32,000 nucleotides of DNA from Promethearchaeum syntrophicum (GTDB lineage Archaea > Asgardarchaeota > Lokiarchaeia > Sigyniarchaeales > Promethearchaeaceae): the NCBI RefSeq assembly GCF_008000775.2, contig NZ_CP042905.2:1530001-1562000 (forward strand), written 5' to 3'. The notes beneath the pieces are model-generated. The model was not told the DNA's origin. It did not search any database and saw nothing but the letters and a program-made list of their open reading frames with translations. Below, in pieces: positions 20,486 through 28,315 of this stretch (the first letter of the stretch is position 1; each line of letters begins with the position of its first letter). The translations under genes and the position numbers were made by a program.

Positions 20486-22276
20486 ATGAAGAAAAAGTGT
20501 GATTTTAGCGTCGTTCTAATTTTGGGATTTTTGTTATTGGGTCCTATTGCTATAAGCGGAAATCAAGTGTTACGGGTGGTTGGGGAAAAAAATACATCAA
20601 TCCCTGCCGAAAATTTTCAAAATATCGATTATTTAATTATAACCGGCAAAGATATGGCTGAAACTCTAGAACCGCTGGCAGAATGGAAATCCCAAAAAGG
20701 ATTACGCACCCTAATAATGAACGTTGAAGATATCTCGAAAGATTTCTCAGGGTCTGATCTGGCCGAGAAAATGAAAAACTGCATTAATAAATTTTATCAA
20801 AATAACCACACCAATTGGGTAGTACTCGCAGGAGATTTCGATACTGTTCCCACCAGAGAAGCTTACTCGCAAGAATATTATCCGTCAGATGGAGACACGG
20901 TGAGTTGTGATTACTATTACTCAGATTTAGATCACGATTGGGATTCAAATAATGATGGTGTGTGGGGGTCTGATGACGATGATAAAGATTATATCGCAGA
21001 GGTTTATGTTGGGCGTTTATGTACGAATAATATTGCTGAAATGGAGAATATGATTCAAAATATTATTCAATATGAAACAGATCCTGATGTCGGACCATGG
21101 ATGACGAGTGCGTTATATGCGGGAGCATTTTTGGTGTTTGATTCCGATTATAATGATAACGATACGGTTGATTTTGGGGAATGTGATGCAAATAGAAATC
21201 ATAATTTTCTGGCAAATCGGCTTCCTGAAAATTGGACAAGTGTAATTTTGGCAGAAGATGAGGGGTTAAAAAATTCATCCTATTACTATGATCTTCCTTT
21301 GACGAATGTGAGTTTACAAGAGCAAATTAATAATGGTTTTAGTACGGGATATATAGTTGGTCATGGGAATCCTCAGCGAATGATACGGTTAGTATTTAAT
21401 ACAGATCTTGACGGGGATGGCTTATTTGACTATACTGCTGATCCGTATAATGCGGGGGGGAGTAAAATAGATGTAGACGCGAGGTTTGATTTAATTTCGA
21501 CTAACGGAGCTATGAACCTAACGAATAATCGCTTGGGGATGTATTATTTAGGTGGATGCTCAACTGGAACGTTTGACGATGCGAACGACTGTTTATCCGA
21601 ATATTTTCTAAAAACTGCTGCAATAGGCTGTATTGCTGGAAGTCGAGTGGTGTGGGGTGAAGATCAATGGACAGAGAGAGAACACGGTGGATGGTACTCG
21701 GATGGTTTAAGTGTCAGGTTTTGGGAGCAGTTATACCTTTATAATCAACCGGGGAAAGCCTTTTCATATGCTAAAGCAGATTATGTTGCAGATCGCGAGA
21801 GTCTTGGGCCAGATGCAGATAACAAGACTTATTATCCCAATTGGGAACAGAAGGTTTTAAAACAATTTAACCTGTTGGGAGATCCCGAGGTGAATTTATG
21901 GCAGACGATTCCCGAGGCACTCAATATTACTCACATTCAGTTGAGTTCAAATGAAACGATGAAATACCAAGTTTCTTCAACTAATGGAACAATGGCTGGA
22001 ATATCTGTAACTTGCGTTCGAGGTTCAGAATTAATGTGGAAAGGGATTAGCGATGAAAATGGAGAAGTGGAAGTCCCCTTTTCTGCAGAAGAGATGAAAT
22101 TCATGTCAGTTACCGCAAACGAGGATCAATTCATCCCATCTATCATAGGAAATATTAAAGAATATATTCCTCCTAAAGACTCAGGAATTCCGGGATATAA
22201 TATAATGATTTTTGGAGGATTTTGCTTGATCGGTGTGGGTTTCATTATCTCATTGAAAAGAAAACAATTAATATGA
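20486..22276 (+). CDS. Gingipain-like peptidase family C25 protein, membrane anchored
   Basis: 596 aa; signal peptide, VLAGDFDTVPTREAY, IVGHGNPQ (His), YLGGCSTGTFDD (Cys), C-terminal TM + KRK. Confidence 0.85.
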   Translation: MKKKCDFSVVLILGFLLLGPIAISGNQVLRVVGEKNTSIPAENFQNIDYLIITGKDMAETLEPLAEWKSQKGLRTLIMNVEDISKDFSGSDLAEKMKNCINKFYQNNHTNWVVLAGDFDTVPTREAYSQEYYPSDGDTVSCDYYYSDLDHDWDSNNDGVWGSDDDDKDYIAEVYVGRLCTNNIAEMENMIQNIIQYETDPDVGPWMTSALYAGAFLVFDSDYNDNDTVDFGECDANRNHNFLANRLPENWTSVILAEDEGLKNSSYYYDLPLTNVSLQEQINNGFSTGYIVGHGNPQRMIRLVFNTDLDGDGLFDYTADPYNAGGSKIDVDARFDLISTNGAMNLTNNRLGMYYLGGCSTGTFDDANDCLSEYFLKTAAIGCIAGSRVVWGEDQWTEREHGGWYSDGLSVRFWEQLYLYNQPGKAFSYAKADYVADRESLGPDADNKTYYPNWEQKVLKQFNLLGDPEVNLWQTIPEALNITHIQLSSNETMKYQVSSTNGTMAGISVTCVRGSELMWKGISDENGEVEVPFSAEEMKFMSVTANEDQFIPSIIGNIKEYIPPKDSGIPGYNIMIFGGFCLIGVGFIISLKRKQLI

Positions 22277-22332
22277 ATAAATAAAAAAAAAAAATTAAAA
22301 GTCATTTTAGAAAAAACTAGAAGGTTGGAAAT

Positions 22333-23370
22333 ATGAGAGCGGGATATATAGAAAATCATGGCTCGGTGGAAAATATCAAAATAGGAGATGTGGACAACCC
22401 GAGAATTGGTAATTTAGATGTTATAATTAAGACCGAATTTGCAGCATTAAATCGTCTGGATTTATTTGTGGTGCAAGGTTGGTCTGGTTTAAATTTGAAA
22501 ATGCCTCATGTATTGGGAAGTGATGGATCTGGAATAATAACAGAGATTGGACCGGATGTCATTACTGATTTACATGTAGGGGATCGTGTCTTGATCAATC
22601 CAGGGATCGGTTGTGGGCAATGTTCACAATGCCTATCTGGAAGGCAAAATTTTTGCTCCAAATTTTCAATTTTGGGAGAAAATAAAAACGGCACCTATGC
22701 AGAATACGTTAAAGTTCCCTCAAGAAATGTGCTCAAAATTCCCGATTCTTACCCCTTTGATAAAGCAGCAGCAGCCCCATTAACCTTTTTAACCGCTTGG
22801 AGAATGCTTGTTTCTCAAGCCCAAATTAAAAGTGGAGAATATGTTCTAATTCAAGGTGGAAGTGGTGGAGTATCGACAGCGGCAATACAGATTGCAAATT
22901 ATTTTAATGCTACTACGATAGTTACTACGAGTTCTGATGAAAAAACGGCTAAAGCCAAAGAAATGGGGGCGGATCATGTAATTAATTATAACCAAATTCC
23001 GAATTATGCGAAAGTAGTGTTTAAAGAACTAACTAAGAAAAAAGGGATCGATCTGGTAGTCGATAGTGTTGGAACCGTAACTTTTAACACCAGCTTAAAA
23101 ATGCTGCGACCTGGTGGTAGATTGGTGACATGCGGGGCTACAACAGGACCGAAAGCGGAACTTGATATCAGATCTATTTTCTGGAAACAATTAAAGATTT
23201 TCGGCTCAACCATGAGTAATTATCAGGAATTTCACGATGTAATGAAGTTAGTGCTGAATGGCAAATTCTCTCCTGCAGTTGATAAAGTATTTAAACTTGA
23301 AGAACTTCAGGATGCCGAGCGTTATTTAGGAGAATCGAATCATTTTGGTAAAGTGTTAATACAAATATAA
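22333..23370 (+). CDS. Zinc-type alcohol dehydrogenase / quinone oxidoreductase (MDR family)
   Basis: 345 aa; GSDGSGIITEIGPDV, GCGQCSQCLSGRQNFC, Rossmann motif IQGGSGGVSTAAIQ. Confidence 0.93.
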   Translation: MRAGYIENHGSVENIKIGDVDNPRIGNLDVIIKTEFAALNRLDLFVVQGWSGLNLKMPHVLGSDGSGIITEIGPDVITDLHVGDRVLINPGIGCGQCSQCLSGRQNFCSKFSILGENKNGTYAEYVKVPSRNVLKIPDSYPFDKAAAAPLTFLTAWRMLVSQAQIKSGEYVLIQGGSGGVSTAAIQIANYFNATTIVTTSSDEKTAKAKEMGADHVINYNQIPNYAKVVFKELTKKKGIDLVVDSVGTVTFNTSLKMLRPGGRLVTCGATTGPKAELDIRSIFWKQLKIFGSTMSNYQEFHDVMKLVLNGKFSPAVDKVFKLEELQDAERYLGESNHFGKVLIQI

Positions 23371-23414
23371 GGTAAAAATCTACAATAACTTATGATTATT
23401 AGAAGGGATTCAAA

Positions 23415-24422
23415 ATGAAAGTTTACGTATGTGGCGGAACCGGTTTTATCGGGTATCAAGTGTGTTTACAGTTACTTGAAAAAGGGCATGAAGTTAGTTC
23501 AATCTCTCTAGGAGACGTTGAATTAGGATCGTGGTGGCCTAAAGATAAAATTAAGACAAAGATTGGGGATCTTTTTACCATGGAAGCTGATGAATTAGTG
23601 GAAATGTTTACGGGATATGATGCCATGGTATATGCTGTCGGTCCTGATGATAGATATACTCCAAAAGCTCCAGCTTACAAATTTTTTTATGATCGGTTGG
23701 TCCTAGCGTGTGCAAAAGTTGTAAAAGCAGCGCGGGATGCGGGTGTAAAAAAATGTGCTATTTGTAATTCATACTTTGCTTATTTTGATAGAATAAGGCC
23801 CGATGAACATTTAGCGGAGAAACATCCGTATATCCGATGCAGAGTAGAACAAGCTCAAAAATGCATTGAGATTGGAGGGGATAAGATGGCAGTATATATT
23901 ATGGAATTACCATACATTTTCGGTGTCCATCCCGTTCGTGCTCCAATTTGGAAAGATTTGTTTATCAAGCGACTGTTAAAGATGAAACCATATATTTTTT
24001 TCTTTAAAGGGGGTACTAATATGATTACCGTGAACCATGTTGCTGAGGCGATTGTAGGTGCAATTTTAAATGGAAGATCAAGTAAGAGGTACACCATTGG
24101 GGATAAAAATCTCACCTGGGTAGAATGGATATCATTAATGTTACCTGAAATGGGAATAGATCGAAAAATCAAGATTTTACCGCCATTTCTAGGCACTTTA
24201 TTTGCTAAACGGATGAAAAGAATTGAAGCAAAAAAAGGATTAGAACCGGGATTAGATTTAGACCATTTATTTAAGGATATTCAGTGTCGAGAGACTTATT
24301 TCGATCCTACATCCTCCCAAGAAGAATTAGGGTATACCGGGGGGGAATTGGAAGAAGCTATCAAGGAAACGGTCAAAAAGTGTATGGAATTGATAAATGA
24401 TGAACCCCAAATAAATTCCTAA
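23415..24422 (+). CDS. NAD-dependent epimerase/dehydratase-like protein (extended SDR)
   Basis: 335 aa; N-terminal MKVYVCGGTGFIGYQVCLQLLEKGHEV. Confidence 0.85.
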   Translation: MKVYVCGGTGFIGYQVCLQLLEKGHEVSSISLGDVELGSWWPKDKIKTKIGDLFTMEADELVEMFTGYDAMVYAVGPDDRYTPKAPAYKFFYDRLVLACAKVVKAARDAGVKKCAICNSYFAYFDRIRPDEHLAEKHPYIRCRVEQAQKCIEIGGDKMAVYIMELPYIFGVHPVRAPIWKDLFIKRLLKMKPYIFFFKGGTNMITVNHVAEAIVGAILNGRSSKRYTIGDKNLTWVEWISLMLPEMGIDRKIKILPPFLGTLFAKRMKRIEAKKGLEPGLDLDHLFKDIQCRETYFDPTSSQEELGYTGGELEEAIKETVKKCMELINDEPQINS

Positions 24423-24496
24423 TATAGAAATATATTTTAGAAGAAAAACAAGATATGGATTTATCCTTTTTTTTCCATATTTAACCTATTTTTTTT

Positions 24497-25144
24497 CTAT
24501 TGAATAGAATTGTGCCGTTTTTCTTTGATAGGATGAATATCTGGAATAGGAACACTAATTATCGAAAGAAAATGAGTATTTGGAGTCTTTTTATTACGAA
24601 ATTTTTCTAAATTCTTTTTTAAATCTTCCATGATCCCCTTATACTCTAACCATTCCTCTTCGGTATTAATGGATATTGGAGGAATCATTAAATCAACTTT
24701 GTCACTTAAGTTAATTTTATCATCTGAATTCAATATTTCATCAATATGTTCCTCCATGAATATCCCGGCATAGTATGTAATATTTCTTGGCCAAGAAGCT
24801 AATGCTTGAAACAAACGTGAAATACCTAAAAAATATATTTTTTTTTCTTCTTTAGTTGAACTCTCTAAGATTTCATCCACTTTATTTATACTTTTAAACG
24901 CATCTAATGGCTTCTCTGTAAGTTTATAGAATTTTCCCCAGCCTAATGATTCATTTTTATCTATCTCGAGATATTTTAGTTCAACTAATTTCTTAACATG
25001 CCCTAAGGTCGTGCTTTCAGATTTATTTATCATTTTTGAAAGTAATTTTAAATTAAGCGAACCAAATGTAATAATTTGGGCAATTATCCCCATTTGTGTT
25101 TCGTTTCCAAACACTTTCATGTATTCTTCAAACTCGATTGCCAT
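24497..25144 (-). CDS. Winged-helix (ArsR/MarR-like) transcriptional regulator with C-terminal extension
   Basis: 215 aa; MKVFGNETQMGIIAQIITFGSLNLKLLSKMINKSESTTLGHVKKLVELKYLEIDKNESLGWGKFYKLTEK; divergent from the micro-ORF array. Confidence 0.75.
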   Translation of the reverse strand: MAIEFEEYMKVFGNETQMGIIAQIITFGSLNLKLLSKMINKSESTTLGHVKKLVELKYLEIDKNESLGWGKFYKLTEKPLDAFKSINKVDEILESSTKEEKKIYFLGISRLFQALASWPRNITYYAGIFMEEHIDEILNSDDKINLSDKVDLMIPPISINTEEEWLEYKGIMEDLKKNLEKFRNKKTPNTHFLSIISVPIPDIHPIKEKRHNSIQ

Positions 25145-25174
25145 TAAATAATATATAGATTTGGACTTTAAAAA

Positions 25175-25270
25175 TAATTCGATTTTCGAATTAATTCTAA
25201 ATTCGAAGCATTTAAATATGTGAGTTGATTATTATTATTTAGAACTCGAATTAATTCGAAAATCGAATTA
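25175..25270. promoter_or_regulatory. Divergent operator candidate: 23-bp perfect inverted repeat, arms 25175-25197 and 25248-25270
   Basis: TAATTCGATTTTCGAATTAATTC and its exact reverse complement GAATTAATTCGAAAATCGAATTA, separated by 50 bp; several additional TTCGA/TCGAA motifs. Confidence 0.7.
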
Positions 25271-25294
25271 CTTCTAAAAAAAAAGTGAAAAAAA

Positions 25295-25384
25295 ATGAAA
25301 AAGAATCGAAATTTAAACGTAAAGAAAAACGCCTTTGATCTTATGATAGAGAATCCCGGATTAATTTGCTCAATCCGAGTATAA
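25295..25384 (+). CDS. Micropeptide 1 of tandem array (29 aa)
   Basis: ATG...TAA translates MKKNRNLNVKKNAFDLMIENPGLICSIRV; conserved with copies 2 and 3. Confidence 0.7.
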   Translation: MKKNRNLNVKKNAFDLMIENPGLICSIRV

Positions 25385-25428
25385 AGTCACAAATTTTTTT
25401 TAAATTAAAATCTAAATAGGGGAAAAAA

Positions 25429-25518
25429 ATGAAAAAAAACTTAAAATTATACGTAAAGAAAAACGCCTTTGATCTGATGATAGAGAATTCCGGTTTAATC
25501 TGCTCAATCCGAGTATAA
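25429..25518 (+). CDS. Micropeptide 2 of tandem array (29 aa)
   Basis: MKKNLKLYVKKNAFDLMIENSGLICSIRV; preceded by AGGGGAAAAAA-ATG-like context (taggggaaaaaaatg). Confidence 0.72.
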   Translation: MKKNLKLYVKKNAFDLMIENSGLICSIRV

Positions 25519-25562
25519 AATTAATAAAATTTTTTTAAACTAAAACTAAACAGGGGAAAAAA

Positions 25563-25652
25563 ATGAAAAAAACTCAAAAATTATACATAAAGAAAAATGC
25601 CTTTGACCTTATGGTTCAGAATCCCGGATTAATAAGCTCAATCCGAGTATAA
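25563..25652 (+). CDS. Micropeptide 3 of tandem array (29 aa)
   Basis: MKKTQKLYIKKNAFDLMVQNPGLISSIRV; preceded by caggggaaaaaaatg. Confidence 0.72.
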   Translation: MKKTQKLYIKKNAFDLMVQNPGLISSIRV

Positions 25653-25785
25653 ATTCAATGGACAATTTTTTAATAATTTAAATATTTACTTCGATTTTTT
25701 GATTCCAATTGCCAGTCAAGATTTGTTTTCAGATTTGATTTCTGATAACAAAATTATTTTAACAAGATTATCATAGATTTTAACA

Positions 25786-27117
25786 ATGATTGAAGAAATT
25801 AATCAAATTTTTATCTTGATCTTGATTCTCTCTTTAATCTTTGTATATTCGAAAGAAGAAATCGACGCCACTCTGTTCATTCTTTTATTTGCCATTATTG
25901 GAGCAATCTTCACAGGACTCGTTTTTAATGCAGAACCCATTGATTTTTTCGACTATATACCTCTTCAAACATTAACATTTTTAATTTTCATGGATATGTT
26001 TATAAAGATTCTAATCAAAGACAAGATATTTGAATTTTTTACTATCAAGTTGATTCATTTAACGCATGCAAATATACGCTTACTCTTTTATTTATTATGT
26101 ATTGCCAGTGCTTTAGTCTCAGGAATCATGGAGGACGTATCCGTTGCTCTCATTATCAATCCGATAATTTTTCGCACGGCGAGAATTTTGAAATTTAAAG
26201 CAAAACCATTTATCATGGGAACTACTGCATCGATTTTAATTGGGAATCTTTTAACCCCTTTTGCCACTCCTGTAAGTATCATTATATCTTCTGGGTTTAA
26301 TCTGAATATGGGGTGGTATTTCAAATATTTCGCGTTATTATTTGTAATTTTACTAACAACCAGTTTAATTCTATTTGACAGATTGTATATTAAGAAACTT
26401 CCTCCTCCGTCGGAGAAAGATGTTCAAATCTTGATGACGATTATGGATCCTGAGCTGTTGATTGTTAAAAAGGGACGCTTTTATCGTCTCATTCTATATT
26501 TAGTAATTATGCTCATTTGCATAGCGTTCAACATCCTCCCATTCCTAGTTGTGACTTTAATTACGGTATTTACATTAATAGTTGAAAAACTCAAATTCAA
26601 CAATGTTTTAAGAAAAGCAAATTGGAATCTACTTTTTCTATATAGTGGCTTATTCATATTAATTGGCTGTATGACTATTAATGGAACAATTGATATGATT
26701 CAATCTGTTTTGAGCACTCTCATCGGGGGAAATTTGATCATAGCTATTGTGATTATAGTGATTTTTGGAAGCTTACTATCGAGTTTTGTTTCTAAGAGTT
26801 TGACAGCAATAACGTTTATTGCGATTGTCTCCAATTTATTTTTAGTTACCTTCACAGATCCAGTAGATCAAGTGATTTTAATTATGGCAGTAAATATCGC
26901 TGTTCTTGTAGGGGGTAATTTCGTTCCTCAAGCATCTAGTTTTATCTTATTTACCATCGAAATGGCGAAATCAGAAAAAGTCCCCGATTTAACCTATAAT
27001 ATTTTCAAAAAACAGATGAGGAAATACTCATTACTATCCGTTTCAATTACCTTAATCTACTATTTTTGTCTTGTGCTAATACTTAAATTACCCGTTTTGC
27101 TATCCACCGGCTCTTAA
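25786..27117 (+). CDS. ArsB/NhaD/DASS-like ion transporter
   Basis: 443 aa, about 11 TM; SGIMEDVSVALIINPIIFRTARILKFKAKPFIMGTTASILIGNLLTPFATPVSIIISSGF. Confidence 0.85.
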   Translation: MIEEINQIFILILILSLIFVYSKEEIDATLFILLFAIIGAIFTGLVFNAEPIDFFDYIPLQTLTFLIFMDMFIKILIKDKIFEFFTIKLIHLTHANIRLLFYLLCIASALVSGIMEDVSVALIINPIIFRTARILKFKAKPFIMGTTASILIGNLLTPFATPVSIIISSGFNLNMGWYFKYFALLFVILLTTSLILFDRLYIKKLPPPSEKDVQILMTIMDPELLIVKKGRFYRLILYLVIMLICIAFNILPFLVVTLITVFTLIVEKLKFNNVLRKANWNLLFLYSGLFILIGCMTINGTIDMIQSVLSTLIGGNLIIAIVIIVIFGSLLSSFVSKSLTAITFIAIVSNLFLVTFTDPVDQVILIMAVNIAVLVGGNFVPQASSFILFTIEMAKSEKVPDLTYNIFKKQMRKYSLLSVSITLIYYFCLVLILKLPVLLSTGS

Positions 27118-27149
27118 CCTATTGAGAAAACAAAATCTAAAAATTAAAA

Positions 27150-28259
27150 TTAATGAAACGCTTTCCAATAAGGAGCTAAAATGGCTTTTAGTTGAGGGAT
27201 TAATTTATTTTCGGTATATTCTAATATTTCTGCCTTCTGTCTTATGCTGAAATCATCAGTTTCTTTGAAAATAGGATTATCATCAGCCAGCGAATTTAAA
27301 ACATTGGTAATCGAATTTCCCAGATGCTTTATATTATAACCGCCTTCTAATGTGCATTGAATTCTTCCTTTTGCAAATTCATCGGATATTCTTCCCAACT
27401 CATGGATAATATACGAATAAGTTTGATCCATGAATCCCAAATTGGTCAGGGGATCATTATGATGAGCGTCGAAACCCGCTGAACAGAGGATAAATTCGGG
27501 TTGAAATTCTCTTAGCATTGGCATGATGATTTGTTCAAAGGCTAATTCAATTGATTTTTGGCCTGAATAAGGTGCCAAAGTGATGTTGACAATTTTTCCT
27601 TGTTGTTTTCCTTTCCCAATGTCATCAACGAAACAAGTTCCTGGATAAAGGGTATTAGGGTGTTGATGAATTGAGAAAAATAGTAATTCTCCTTGCTCTA
27701 ATCCAGAATAAAAAATCTCTTCAGTTCCATTTCCTGCGTGTGCATCAAAATCAACAATAACAACTCTGTTCAATTTTTTAACTCGGGTTAAATATTCAAC
27801 GGATAATGCGATATTGTTAAAAATACAAAAACCTCGTGCATAATCTTTATTAGAATGATGCCCTGGTGGTCGACACAGTGCAAACCCTCGGTCAATTTCC
27901 CCTGAGAAAATTGCATCTATTGCTGCAAAATTTCCACCAGTCGCATAAAGGGCGGCATCAAAAGTTGCCGGACTGGCGACCGTATCCCCATCAATATAAA
28001 CATGGCTGTTTTTCTTGATTGTGGTTTCTACAGCGGCATTTACTTTATTAATTAAAGAATTTGAATGAGACCAGCGAATTTGGTCTAAGGACACTTTTCG
28101 AGGATCAATTTTTTTAAAATGTGCAATTCGATTATCACCGTACATTTGGTTTTCTTTTAATCGCTTTATTGTATTGATGACACGGTCTGCACATTCTGGA
28201 TGGTTTCCCGTATCATGTTTTGCGTAAATATCTTGATAAACAATACCGACATTTTTCAT
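27150..28259 (-). CDS. Histone deacetylase family protein (class II-like)
   Basis: 369 aa; HPECADRV, ALCRPPGHHSNKDYARGFCIFNNIA, VVIVDFDAHAGNGTEEIF, SAGFDAHHNDP, LEGGYN. Confidence 0.95.
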   Translation of the reverse strand: MKNVGIVYQDIYAKHDTGNHPECADRVINTIKRLKENQMYGDNRIAHFKKIDPRKVSLDQIRWSHSNSLINKVNAAVETTIKKNSHVYIDGDTVASPATFDAALYATGGNFAAIDAIFSGEIDRGFALCRPPGHHSNKDYARGFCIFNNIALSVEYLTRVKKLNRVVIVDFDAHAGNGTEEIFYSGLEQGELLFFSIHQHPNTLYPGTCFVDDIGKGKQQGKIVNITLAPYSGQKSIELAFEQIIMPMLREFQPEFILCSAGFDAHHNDPLTNLGFMDQTYSYIIHELGRISDEFAKGRIQCTLEGGYNIKHLGNSITNVLNSLADDNPIFKETDDFSIRQKAEILEYTENKLIPQLKAILAPYWKAFH

Positions 28260-28315
28260 TATTCTAAGGTTAGTGTTTCATTAATTTAAAGATAAGCTTA
28301 ATTTTTACAATCGTT

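Larger units (their letters stand above)
25295..25652 (+). repeat. Three-copy tandem repeat with exact 134-bp period
   Basis: ATGs at 25295, 25429, 25563; 90-nt ORF + 44-nt spacer in both intervals; each unit ends with a T6-T8 tract shortly after the stop. Confidence 0.97.

Noticed and set aside
22506-24196. Minus ORFs 22506-22694, 23004-23213, 23855-24196
   Set aside because: Antisense to the dehydrogenase and epimerase genes with clear cofactor motifs.
25295-25652. CRISPR-like array or simple non-coding tandem duplication
   Set aside because: The 134-bp unit has no constant short repeat alternating with unique spacers; the ORF portion and the spacer are both similar between copies, and changes respect a reading frame.
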